28,220 bases of DNA, from positions 1 through 28,220 of the IMG/VR virus record IMGVR_UViG_3300011339_000490; one strand, 5' to 3'. Positions 18,269 to 26,406 of the stretch are shown piece by piece. A program made the position numbers and the translations under genes. Each line of letters opens with the position of its first letter. The first letter of the stretch is position 1. The notes below the pieces were generated by a model. It was not told the origin of the DNA, did no database searches, and worked only from the letters and a program-made list of their open reading frames with translations. This DNA is from a virus. Taxonomy: Duplodnaviria; Caudoviricetes.

Positions 18269-19290
18269 TGATACAAGTAACAGAAGAATATAATAACAAA
18301 GCCGTAGCAAAACTAAATAAGCAGGCATGGGTACAGGCAGGCACAGCAGTAAATGCTGGGTCTGCATCAGAAGCAGCACGTCAGGCTGGTCTTGACTGGA
18401 ATGTAATGCTTGCAGATATGGAAGCAATTGTTTCCAACAAGGTCAATGATTATGAGACAGTGACCGACCACTACCCTGTACCTAAGCGTCAGGCTGTAAT
18501 CAAACTAGGCAAAGACAATACGAATGAAGTTATTGGTGTAGTCGGTGACAAGTACAAGATTGTGCAGAACATGGAAGTGTTCTCGGCTCTTGATACCCTA
18601 GTTGATTCAGGTGATGCACGCTATACAGCAGCAGGTGAGTATAACAATGGCGCTAACATCTGGATGGTAATGGAATTACCAATCGGTGTGCAAGTAGCCA
18701 ATGACCCACACGCTGCATTCCTATTAGTGCAGTCATCACATGATGGTTCATGTGCAGTTCGTATCCGCCCAATCATTGAGCGTTTGTTCTGCGCTAATCA
18801 AATCAATCGCATCATCAAGGGTAAGAGTAGAAACGATTACACCTATGTTATGAAGCACACTACAAACTCACAGTTATCTGTAAATGATATTCGTAATATC
18901 ACACAGTTAACTTATGATTCTATCCAGCAATATGAAACGATTGCTGGTGTATTACTTGAACGCAAGGTTGATGAGCGTCAAGTAAAGAACATCTTTAAGT
19001 CTGTATGGGCATTGCCAGCAGAGATTGAACAAGCACCAGAGCATCTACTATCACAAGGTCAGCGCCGTCAGCGTACCATTGCACTCAATGGACGCGACTC
19101 AGCATGGTCTATCTACAGTGAGTCTGCTACACAAGAGAACATCAGAGGCACAGCCTTCGGTGTATGGCAGGCAGTCATTGAGTATGCAGACCACCGCGCT
19201 TCTGGTGGCTCTGACAAGCGTGCAATCGCCACCATCAGCGGGCGCAATGACCGCATCAAAGACAAAGCACTAGAGTTAGTGCTTGCATAA
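18268..19290 (+). CDS. DUF932 family protein (phage/plasmid-related)
   Basis: AGLDWNV, GVVGDKYKIVQN, SSHDGS, RLFCANQ, KHT, GTAFGVWQAVIEYADH motifs. Confidence 0.88.
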   Translation: MIQVTEEYNNKAVAKLNKQAWVQAGTAVNAGSASEAARQAGLDWNVMLADMEAIVSNKVNDYETVTDHYPVPKRQAVIKLGKDNTNEVIGVVGDKYKIVQNMEVFSALDTLVDSGDARYTAAGEYNNGANIWMVMELPIGVQVANDPHAAFLLVQSSHDGSCAVRIRPIIERLFCANQINRIIKGKSRNDYTYVMKHTTNSQLSVNDIRNITQLTYDSIQQYETIAGVLLERKVDERQVKNIFKSVWALPAEIEQAPEHLLSQGQRRQRTIALNGRDSAWSIYSESATQENIRGTAFGVWQAVIEYADHRASGGSDKRAIATISGRNDRIKDKALELVLA

Positions 19291-19356
19291 GTTTACCTTA
19301 GCATGGGTAAAATCGCATATACTTTACATATACCTTTTGGTATGTAAAGTACACCT

Positions 19357-19391
19357 CACTGGGTTGCTCCGCCAGTGGCGAACACGGAGCA
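19357..19391 (+). promoter_or_regulatory. H-type RNA pseudoknot in a 5' leader
   Basis: S1 CACTGG/CCAGTG, S2 TGCTCCG/CGGAGCA, L1 2 nt, L2 0 nt, L3 7 nt. Confidence 0.65.
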
Positions 19392-19417
19392 CACAACCTA
19401 CAAACAGAGAGAGAAAC

Positions 19418-19843
19418 ATGAACACAATCACAATCGAATCAGCAACTACTGGTGATACAATTACCTACACAGAAACTGAAGTTCGTAACTTCATCAGTAG
19501 AGCAGGAGAAGTAAGTGCACTTAACGACTCAATCACCGCACAACTCACGCAAATCCGTAGTATTCGTAACGAAGTACGTGACTTCTTCAGTGAAGGTGAA
19601 TGGCAAGACGGTGAGACAACGGTCAACAAAGGAGATGTCAATGTCCTTCTTGACAGTATCGGCGCAGCCAAACTTACTACTAAGTACAGTGGAACCTTCA
19701 CTATTACAGGAACATTTAATATTGAAGTAGAAGAAGAAGATGAAATTGAATCTATTATCACAGATAATACTGAGGTCTCATGTTGGGGCGCAGACATTGA
19801 TGTAGATTCATTTAACATTGATGATGTTCAGGAAGATGAATAA
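19418..19843 (+). CDS. Hypothetical protein with acidic C-terminus (141 aa)
   Basis: Start moved to ATG 19418 after AGAGAGAGA; the longer track start runs through the hairpin/pseudoknot region. Confidence 0.8.
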   Translation: MNTITIESATTGDTITYTETEVRNFISRAGEVSALNDSITAQLTQIRSIRNEVRDFFSEGEWQDGETTVNKGDVNVLLDSIGAAKLTTKYSGTFTITGTFNIEVEEEDEIESIITDNTEVSCWGADIDVDSFNIDDVQEDE

Positions 19844-19998
19844 TGCAAACACCAGTAACTACTATGCAAATCTTCCGAGAAGAAGATGAGTACTTCTTAG
19901 TTGAAATCCAAGCAGACGGAAAGATTTCTCTTAAGCGTAAAGTATATGGCTGGTCAGATGTATGGTCACTACCTCTTGAGGTGAGCAATATTAAATGA
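19843..19998 (+). CDS. Hypothetical protein (51 aa)
   Basis: Hand-translated MQTPVTTMQIFREEDEYFLVEIQADGKISLKRKVYGWSDVWSLPLEVSNIK; TAATG and ATGA overlaps. Confidence 0.7.
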   Translation: MQTPVTTMQIFREEDEYFLVEIQADGKISLKRKVYGWSDVWSLPLEVSNIK

Positions 19999-20372
19999 CA
20001 GAAGCCTATGTACCATACAATGGTACTGCTGGCTGGTCAAGTACGGATACGTCTAAGCAGAGAGCCTTAGATAATATTTACTCTGGTCGGGAATTAAACA
20101 ACCAGCAGTCAGCGTTACTCTATTTAAAAAATGCAGGTGAGTTAGGGCTAACCTGGAAAGAGTTAGCCACTGAAACAGGCTGGCATCACGGCACTGCAAG
20201 TGGAGTGCTATCAGTATTGCACCAGTCAGGTGCAATCATACGTTTATATAGCGTTCGTAATAGATGCAAAGTATATGTGCATCAGAATTATAAAGACGCT
20301 TATAACAAATACGAAGTATATAAACGCAAAGAAAAACTTTGTCCGCATTGCGGGCACGACATCAACGCATAA
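19995..20372 (+). CDS. Winged-helix DNA-binding protein with C-terminal CPHCG
   Basis: GLTWKELATETGWHHGTASGVLSVLHQSGAI fits a wHTH pattern. Confidence 0.7.
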   Translation: MTEAYVPYNGTAGWSSTDTSKQRALDNIYSGRELNNQQSALLYLKNAGELGLTWKELATETGWHHGTASGVLSVLHQSGAIIRLYSVRNRCKVYVHQNYKDAYNKYEVYKRKEKLCPHCGHDINA

Positions 20373-20383
20373 GCCGTTCCTTA

Positions 20384-20392
20384 TGCTATGAT
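20384..20392 (+). promoter_or_regulatory. Putative extended -10 promoter
   Basis: TGcTATGAT; the expected start (~20399) coincides with the base of the downstream hairpin. Confidence 0.55.
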
Positions 20393-20399
20393 GGGACAA

Positions 20400-20447
20400 C
20401 CAGTGAGCGGTAGGTTTTTGGCTCTCTCCTTGTCCTACCGCCACTGG
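20400..20447 (+). ncRNA. Hairpin RNA with anti-RBS loop (cis switch or trans-acting sRNA candidate)
   Basis: CCAGTG-A-GCGGTAGG / CCTACCGC-CACTGG 14-bp stem; 19-nt loop TTTTTGGCTCTCTCCTTGT. Confidence 0.6.
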
Positions 20448-20465
20448 CTAATCTAAGGAGAAGAA

Positions 20466-21239
20466 ATGGCAGAAGTAGAAGTACCTAGAGATAGGTATGG
20501 CAGACCAATGATTGTGCCACCGAAGGGTGGCAAGCCAGTACCATACACACGCACTACTACAGTTGCAGGTTCACTAGATGATGGCACTGCATTAGTAGCA
20601 TGGAAGTTACGCATGGCTGCAACTGGATTAACGTTGCGTAACGATTTGTTATTGTCGGCTAGTGCTATGCGCGATAACAAACTAGAAATGGATAAGTTAG
20701 TTGAAGATGCAATGGAAGCAGCAGGTGCAACTAAGCAGGCTACTATTGGTACTGCGATACATGCACTAACAGAAAAGTTAGACCGAGGTCAAGACCTTGG
20801 ACCTATACCAGAAGATTATGTTGCAGATATACAAGCATATGCAGAAGCAACTAAAGCATTCACCAACATACATATCGAACAGTTCTGTGTGCTAGACAAG
20901 CATAAGATTGCTGGCACACCAGACAGAATTGTAGAATACAAAGGCGAGAAGTTTATCTCTGACCTTAAAACAGGTAGCATTAGTTACCCTAACAAGATTG
21001 CCATGCAGTTAGCAGTGTATGCACACGGCTTGCCGTATGACCCTGCTACGGCAACCCGTGGTAGTTGGGGTGACATCAACACAGAGAAAGGAATCATTGT
21101 GCATCTACCTGCTGGTAGTGGACAATGTACTCTGCACTTTGTAGACTTAGTTCATGGCTGGAAAGGTATTGAACTAGCCATGAAAGTAAGAAAGCATCGC
21201 GATAAAAAGAATATATCAACACCAATACAAGGAGAATAA
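20466..21239 (+). CDS. PD-(D/E)XK exonuclease (RecB/RecE/Cas4-like)
   Basis: GTAIHALTE, IEQ, AGTPDRI, ISDLKTG, QLAVYA motifs. Confidence 0.88.
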   Translation: MAEVEVPRDRYGRPMIVPPKGGKPVPYTRTTTVAGSLDDGTALVAWKLRMAATGLTLRNDLLLSASAMRDNKLEMDKLVEDAMEAAGATKQATIGTAIHALTEKLDRGQDLGPIPEDYVADIQAYAEATKAFTNIHIEQFCVLDKHKIAGTPDRIVEYKGEKFISDLKTGSISYPNKIAMQLAVYAHGLPYDPATATRGSWGDINTEKGIIVHLPAGSGQCTLHFVDLVHGWKGIELAMKVRKHRDKKNISTPIQGE

Positions 21240-21703
21240 TGTCTCACACAGAAGCACCTATCAGCATCACAGTTAAATCAGCAGCAGGTTCTTTGGTTAC
21301 AGTTCGCGCTGCAACCGCAGAAGAACTAGACCAGACAGTTGCAAATGCATTAGCATCACTTGCATCTGCTACCGAAGAACTCGAAAAAGCAGTGCGTGGC
21401 ACTGGTTTTAGCGCACCTTCATCAGCCCCAGTATCTCCAGCAGTTGGCTATGCAGCCAATGCGCTAGGCGGTACAGTCATTGCAGAAACATTCACACCAG
21501 CCGCAGCACCTGCAGGTGGTGGACAACGCATGTGTCCTCACGGAACCATGACACGTATTCATGGACTAACAGGTAAGTTTGGTCCATACAAAGGACACTT
21601 CTGCCCTGCTAAGCAAGGTGACCCAACCAAGTGCACAACACAATATGTCAAGGCTAACTCACCAGAGTTTGCAACATTCGTAGCCGACCAAACAAAGGCA
21701 TAA
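21239..21703 (+). CDS. Ala/Pro-rich protein with C-terminal Cys/His cluster
   Basis: CPHG...GPYKGHFCP......C; sits between exonuclease and helicase. Confidence 0.75.
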   Translation: MSHTEAPISITVKSAAGSLVTVRAATAEELDQTVANALASLASATEELEKAVRGTGFSAPSSAPVSPAVGYAANALGGTVIAETFTPAAAPAGGGQRMCPHGTMTRIHGLTGKFGPYKGHFCPAKQGDPTKCTTQYVKANSPEFATFVADQTKA

Positions 21704-22519
21704 ATGAAAACACTACGCCGTAGCGTAGGCAAGGCAGAGGTGGGGGGAGAACCATTAGCCCCACCTTTCCAAGCCTTCGCAAGAGAAGGAATCATTCTAC
21801 GGCGTGCCGAAGTAACTATTATTGCTGGCACTCCTGGTGCTGGTAAGTCAAGTATTGCATTGCATATCGCTGCAAGATTAAAACAACCGACACTATATTT
21901 CTCAGCAGATACCAATGCACATACTATGGCTATGAGATTGCTTGCACTTCGCGCACGCATACCACAGCAACAAGCAGAACTAATGTTAAAGACGCAACCA
22001 GATACAGCAGAATCAATCTTACGTGAGTATGGAAATATGTATTGGTCTTTTGAACCAAGTCCTACCTTGCGTGATTTAGATGAAGAAGTATCTGCATTCG
22101 AAACTATATGGGGCAGAAGCCCTACACTTATAGTTGTAGATAACCTTATGGACATTGCAATTGATGGACATGAAGAGTTCGCAGGTATGCGACAGGTTAT
22201 GAAAGAACTTAAGTATTTAGCACGTGATACTAACGCAGCAGTGTTAGTCCTACACCATACACAGGAAGGCGCTGCAGGCTATCCATGCCAACCGCGCTCT
22301 GCTCTGCAGGGCAAGGTCGCACAGATTCCTGCTATGGTGCTGACAGTAGGACAGATGATGCAGGGCAACGACGCATACTTATGCGTAGCCCCTGTTAAGA
22401 ATAGATACGGCAAGGCAGATGCAACTGGCAATACATATGTATCGCTATCATTTGACCCAGCCTCTATGTATCTAGAAGATGTAGTCCGTGATTACAGACA
22501 AGTGGAGATGACAGTATGA
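21704..22519 (+). CDS. DnaB-like SF4 helicase (RecA-fold domain only)
   Basis: Walker A GTPGAGKS, Walker B LIVVD, ELKYLAR, VLHH, KNRYG arginine finger. Confidence 0.9.
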   Translation: MKTLRRSVGKAEVGGEPLAPPFQAFAREGIILRRAEVTIIAGTPGAGKSSIALHIAARLKQPTLYFSADTNAHTMAMRLLALRARIPQQQAELMLKTQPDTAESILREYGNMYWSFEPSPTLRDLDEEVSAFETIWGRSPTLIVVDNLMDIAIDGHEEFAGMRQVMKELKYLARDTNAAVLVLHHTQEGAAGYPCQPRSALQGKVAQIPAMVLTVGQMMQGNDAYLCVAPVKNRYGKADATGNTYVSLSFDPASMYLEDVVRDYRQVEMTV

Positions 22520-22647
22520 GTAAAAAAGTTACTTTAACTTTAGAATTATCAGATAATATAAATGTAAATGATATTGTGGATGGATTCAATGAAGTAATTT
22601 CGGACAACATGGAATATGTAAATCATTGGGCGTGGGTTCACGAATGA
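22516..22647 (+). CDS. Hypothetical microprotein (43 aa), AT-rich
   Basis: MSKKVTLTLELSDNINVNDIVDGFNEVISDNMEYVNHWAWVHE; ATGA overlaps at both ends; GGAG RBS. Confidence 0.65.
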   Translation: MSKKVTLTLELSDNINVNDIVDGFNEVISDNMEYVNHWAWVHE

Positions 22648-22997
22648 GTAACGCAGCAAAAGCCAAAGGCTCTGGAGCAGAACGAGATGTAGTTGCATAT
22701 CTAAAAGAGAACGGCTACAAGTATGCAGACAGACGATTGGCTGGCGCTACGCTAGACAAAGGTGACATCTCAGGTATACCTGGAGTTACAATTGAAATCA
22801 AGAACCATGCCAAGATGAACTTGGCTGGTTGGACAGAAGAATTGCTCATAGAAATGGGCAATGACGGGGCGTGGACAGGCGTGGTGTGGCACAAGCGAAA
22901 AGGGAAGCGGAGCCCTAGAGATTGGTACTGCACCATGCCTGGACATGTTTGGTTAGACCTACTAAAGAGAGCCATCAATGGAGAAACCAAGCATTGA
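22644..22997 (+). CDS. Holliday junction resolvase-like PD-(D/E)XK endonuclease
   Basis: KAKGSGAERDVVAYL...GDISG...IEIKN; start moved to ATG 22644. Confidence 0.8.
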   Translation: MSNAAKAKGSGAERDVVAYLKENGYKYADRRLAGATLDKGDISGIPGVTIEIKNHAKMNLAGWTEELLIEMGNDGAWTGVVWHKRKGKRSPRDWYCTMPGHVWLDLLKRAINGETKH

Positions 22998-23355
22998 AGA
23001 ATACCTGCGCTACATAGGTGCAGATACACCGCCAATAGGAAATGGTTGGCGTAAGATGAAATGCTGCTTTCATTTAGATAGTCATGCAAGTGCAGCAGTA
23101 AACTACGATAAGAACGCTTTTGTCTGCCACGGTTGTGGAGTCAAAGGCGATGTCTACTCTTTAATTATGTATAAGGAAGGAGTTAATTTTCGTGAGGCTA
23201 AACAATTCGCAGAGACAGTTCTTGCTTCAAGCAACACAGAGGTACGCAGAGAAAATAGAAATAGCAGAACGGTATCTGTTAAGCCGTCAACTCTCGGTAG
23301 ACGAGGCAAAAGTCTTTCACTTGGGAGTGGTCGAAGACCCGCTTCCAGGGCATGA
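22978..23355 (+). CDS. DNA primase CHC2 zinc-binding domain (separate ORF)
   Basis: CCFHLDSHASA...FVCHGCGVKGD...EGVNFREA. Confidence 0.88.
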   Translation: MEKPSIEEYLRYIGADTPPIGNGWRKMKCCFHLDSHASAAVNYDKNAFVCHGCGVKGDVYSLIMYKEGVNFREAKQFAETVLASSNTEVRRENRNSRTVSVKPSTLGRRGKSLSLGSGRRPASRA

Positions 23356-23827
23356 ACCATATAAAGGTAGACTAGCAATCCCATATATCACGCCATCAGG
23401 CGTGGTTGATATTAGATTCCGTGACTTGACTGGCACACATGATGCCAAGTATATGGGTCTAGTTGGTGCTGAGACTACTATGTTTAATACGCAAGCAGTT
23501 TTTGCAGCAGACAATTACATATGCGTGACAGAGGGTGAGTTCGACTGCATTATGATGACAGTTAAAACTCAACACCCAACAGTAGGTATTCCAGGCGCTA
23601 ACAACTGGAAGAAACACTATGCTAAAATCCTAGATGACTTTGATGTAGTGGTAGTACTAGCCGACGGCGATGCCCCTGGACTAGAGTTTGGCAAGAAGAT
23701 TAGCCGTGAGTTGGGCAACGTAAACATTGTTAGTATGCCAGACGGCGAAGATGTCAACAGCATGATAATCAAACAAGGGAGTGAGTGGATTGACGAACGA
23801 ATCAGAAAATGCATTACCACTGAATGA
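23192..23827 (+). CDS. DNA primase catalytic TOPRIM domain
   Basis: GRLAIPY, KY, ICVTEGEFD, GIPGA, LADGDAPG, PDGEDVN; GTG start after AGGAG. Confidence 0.9.
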   Translation: MRLNNSQRQFLLQATQRYAEKIEIAERYLLSRQLSVDEAKVFHLGVVEDPLPGHEPYKGRLAIPYITPSGVVDIRFRDLTGTHDAKYMGLVGAETTMFNTQAVFAADNYICVTEGEFDCIMMTVKTQHPTVGIPGANNWKKHYAKILDDFDVVVVLADGDAPGLEFGKKISRELGNVNIVSMPDGEDVNSMIIKQGSEWIDERIRKCITTE

Positions 23828-24101
23828 AAAGTTTTGGGAACACGCAGACCATTTAGACTTTGATATGGTTATAAAATTATCTGAAGATAAGTATATCAAT
23901 ATCCTGACAGCATTGCATGATGTCTATGAGGCTATCGACAGAGACCCAGAGGAAGCCAAGTTTCTAGCGACCAGCATTGCTGGTCTGCTATTGTCTTCCA
24001 AGTACGGCAAGACAGATGAAGTATACGAAGAGATGGTTGTACAAGCAGCCAAGAAGAATATGGACCAAGGACTAAAGGAGTTACTCAGTGAAAAACCCTG
24101 A
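23781..24101 (+). CDS. Hypothetical protein
   Basis: 106-aa ORF filling the gap between primase and DUF1599 genes; start uncertain. Confidence 0.65.
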   Translation: MSGLTNESENALPLNEKFWEHADHLDFDMVIKLSEDKYINILTALHDVYEAIDRDPEEAKFLATSIAGLLLSSKYGKTDEVYEEMVVQAAKKNMDQGLKELLSEKP

Positions 24102-24405
24102 AGATGCAGCACAAATCAATAGAGAACTATATGCAGTACTAGTTAAGAAGCATGCAGATTATGGTCCAATGAACATTGCTGGCGCACCTGGCGGTCCAAT
24201 GAATGGACTGCGAGTGCGTATGTATGACAAGTTGGCTAGGCTAAACAACCTAGTAGATACAGGCGACACGCCGAACTATGAATCAATCGAAGATACTCTA
24301 ATTGACCTAGCAAACTACGCTATAATTGGACTACTTGTTCAGCGCAATCAGTGGGCTGGCGTGTCAAACGGAGATAGTTATGAAGCGAGTCGTCGTCCTC
24401 AGTGA
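24088..24405 (+). CDS. DUF1599 / nucleotide-modification-associated domain 1 protein
   Basis: KKHADYG, VRMYDKLARL, ESIEDTLIDLANYAII. Confidence 0.82.
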   Translation: MKNPEDAAQINRELYAVLVKKHADYGPMNIAGAPGGPMNGLRVRMYDKLARLNNLVDTGDTPNYESIEDTLIDLANYAIIGLLVQRNQWAGVSNGDSYEASRRPQ

Positions 24406-25117
24406 CTTACAGATTCCTTACCAAGATAATAAAACAGTAGATGCCGTTATAGACTTTGTTAAGTACTACAAACCAGATGAACTCTGGTGTGTAGGTGATG
24501 AACTAGATGCACCAGAACCTAGTCGTTGGAACAAAGGTATGGCTGGCGAGTACGCAGGTACTCTTCAGCAAGGCATAGATGATACACAAGAAATTGTATC
24601 TAGATTTAAAAAAGCATTAGGAAGAAAACCATTTTATATTCAGCGGTCTAATCACACGGACCGCATTGACACTTACATTCGTAAGTATGCCCCAGCGTTC
24701 AGCAGTCTCAAGTCATTAGAGATTGAAGAACTACTGGGGTATAACTCTTTAGGGGTAACTTACCTACACAAGATGCATGAGTTACTACCTGGTTGGGTTA
24801 TGGCACACGGAGATGAAGGAAAGTTGTCTCAGACTCCTGGAAGTACAGCGTTGTCATTAGCAAAACGCTTAGGCAAGTCAGTAGTATGTGGACACACGCA
24901 TCGCGTGGGTTTACAACATGAAACAGTTGGCTTCTATGGTAAGACATCTACCCTATTCGGATTAGAAGTCGGGCATATGATGGATATAAAACAGGCTGGC
25001 TACCTACCAGCAGGCACAGCCAACTGGCATCAAGGCATTGGTATTCTTGTAGAAGATAACAAGAAGGTAGCACCATACGCAGTGCCAGTTATTAATGGCG
25101 AGGTACTCTTGCCATAA
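24380..25117 (+). CDS. Calcineurin-like metallophosphoesterase
   Basis: SDLQ, GDELD, SNH, AHGD, GHTHR; start moved to ATG 24380 after GGAG. Confidence 0.88.
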   Translation: MKRVVVLSDLQIPYQDNKTVDAVIDFVKYYKPDELWCVGDELDAPEPSRWNKGMAGEYAGTLQQGIDDTQEIVSRFKKALGRKPFYIQRSNHTDRIDTYIRKYAPAFSSLKSLEIEELLGYNSLGVTYLHKMHELLPGWVMAHGDEGKLSQTPGSTALSLAKRLGKSVVCGHTHRVGLQHETVGFYGKTSTLFGLEVGHMMDIKQAGYLPAGTANWHQGIGILVEDNKKVAPYAVPVINGEVLLP

Positions 25118-25788
25118 TGAATTACATTCAGGAATATAATGAAGTAGTTCAGCAACTATCATCTGAGTATGCACGTAGGTACGCCATGCTAGAGCGTGAT
25201 GATATTGCACAGGAACTATGGGTCTGGTTCGTAGGTCACCCGCGTAAGTACAAGGAGTGGTCAGAACTAGAACAGAAAGATAAAGACAAACTAATAGCCA
25301 AGTCGCTGCGGAACGCAGCACTCAAGTACTGCGAAAGAGAGAAGGCAAACAAAGTTGGATACGATTCGTCCGATTTATACTACTATGATGCATCGGTTGT
25401 CGAAGCATTTCTTCCTTCAATCATCGCGGGAACGTATGCAATCCCAGTTAGTATTCAAGACCTTAACGCTAAGTTCGGCAGTGGAAACATATCTGATGGA
25501 AACAACTGGCTTTCTCTTAGGTCTGACATCGCCAAAGCATTCGAGAAACTATCTGATGCAAAACAAAACATACTAAGACTTAGGTTTAGCATTGACTCAC
25601 CAGACTGGTCATTGCTTGCTAAGGACATGGACAGCACACCAGATGGTGCGCGTATGAAAGTGCAGCGTGCAATTAATTCTTTAATTAAAAACTTAGGTGG
25701 ATGGAGACCATACCATGACCCAGACAACCGAGAGTCAGACACAAGCGAGTCGGATAGTGACGTATCTGGAATGGCTGACGATTCATGA
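25117..25788 (+). CDS. Phage sigma-70-family (ECF-like) sigma factor
   Basis: Region 2 (ERDDIAQELWVWF...LRNAALKY) and region 4 (AFEKLSDAKQNILRLRF...LAKDM...ARMKVQRAINSL). Confidence 0.8.
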   Translation: MNYIQEYNEVVQQLSSEYARRYAMLERDDIAQELWVWFVGHPRKYKEWSELEQKDKDKLIAKSLRNAALKYCEREKANKVGYDSSDLYYYDASVVEAFLPSIIAGTYAIPVSIQDLNAKFGSGNISDGNNWLSLRSDIAKAFEKLSDAKQNILRLRFSIDSPDWSLLAKDMDSTPDGARMKVQRAINSLIKNLGGWRPYHDPDNRESDTSESDSDVSGMADDS

Positions 25789-25976
25789 ATATGAATCAGG
25801 TGAATGATTTGCGTGGCGAACCAACGTTTGCTTGCATATGTGGTTGCATGATGTTCCGCATCAATGTAATGTGGGACCAAGATACTAGAGCAGTTGGCTG
25901 GTATGACTTAGCACAGGAATGTGTAGAGTGCGGTACGATTACAACCGCACCTACTGAGATAGATGGATGTGAGTGA
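25785..25976 (+). CDS. Small Zn-ribbon protein
   Basis: CICGC...CVECG; coupled on both sides. Confidence 0.75.
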   Translation: MNMNQVNDLRGEPTFACICGCMMFRINVMWDQDTRAVGWYDLAQECVECGTITTAPTEIDGCE

Positions 25977-26137
25977 TGCCTTTATATGATTTCAAATGTA
26001 ATACTTGCAGTGAGGTTATAGAAACAAATGAGAACATACCGCCAGTTTGTTCTACTTGCAGTGGAACTATGCAGCGCATATGGTCTGCTCCAGGGATTAA
26101 GTTTAATGCACCAGGTTTCTACTCAACAGGAGGATAA
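25976..26137 (+). CDS. FmdB-family zinc ribbon protein (53 aa)
   Basis: Hand-translated MPLYDFKCNTC...CSTCSGTMQRIWSAPGIKFNAPGFYST, matching the MPxYxxxC/GFYxT signature. Confidence 0.85.
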   Translation: MPLYDFKCNTCSEVIETNENIPPVCSTCSGTMQRIWSAPGIKFNAPGFYSTGG

Positions 26138-26139
26138 AG

Positions 26140-26406
26140 ATGTATGACTTTGGACCAGAAGCAAACTGCAATGGATTGGATACTGAGTTATTCTTTACAG
26201 ATGCAAGTAAGACCTATCCTCAAATGCCTCTATTAAAAAGAGTATGTGATAATTGCACAGTCAAAGATGCGTGTCTTGATTATGCACTACACCATGCAGT
26301 GCTAGGTTGGTGGGGTGGGACTTCAGAGAAGACCCGTAGAGCACTACAACAAAAACTTAATATCAGTCCTGAACCAGTACTAATTACAGAAAAGTGGGTA
26401 GCATGA
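26140..26406 (+). CDS. whiB: WhiB-family Fe-S transcriptional regulator
   Basis: ANC...ELFF...CDNCTVKDACLDYAL...GWWGGTSE; RBS AGGAGG. Confidence 0.92.
   Translation: MYDFGPEANCNGLDTELFFTDASKTYPQMPLLKRVCDNCTVKDACLDYALHHAVLGWWGGTSEKTRRALQQKLNISPEPVLITEKWVA

Noticed and set aside
19357-19391. SAM/SAH or guanidine-III riboswitch (pseudoknot ending GGAGCA)
   Set aside because: The conserved ligand-binding loop nucleotides are absent and the loop is too short.
19283-19417. N-terminal 45-aa extension of the track ORF 19283-19843
   Set aside because: It runs through hairpins and the pseudoknot; ATG 19418 has a purine-rich RBS and is preferred.
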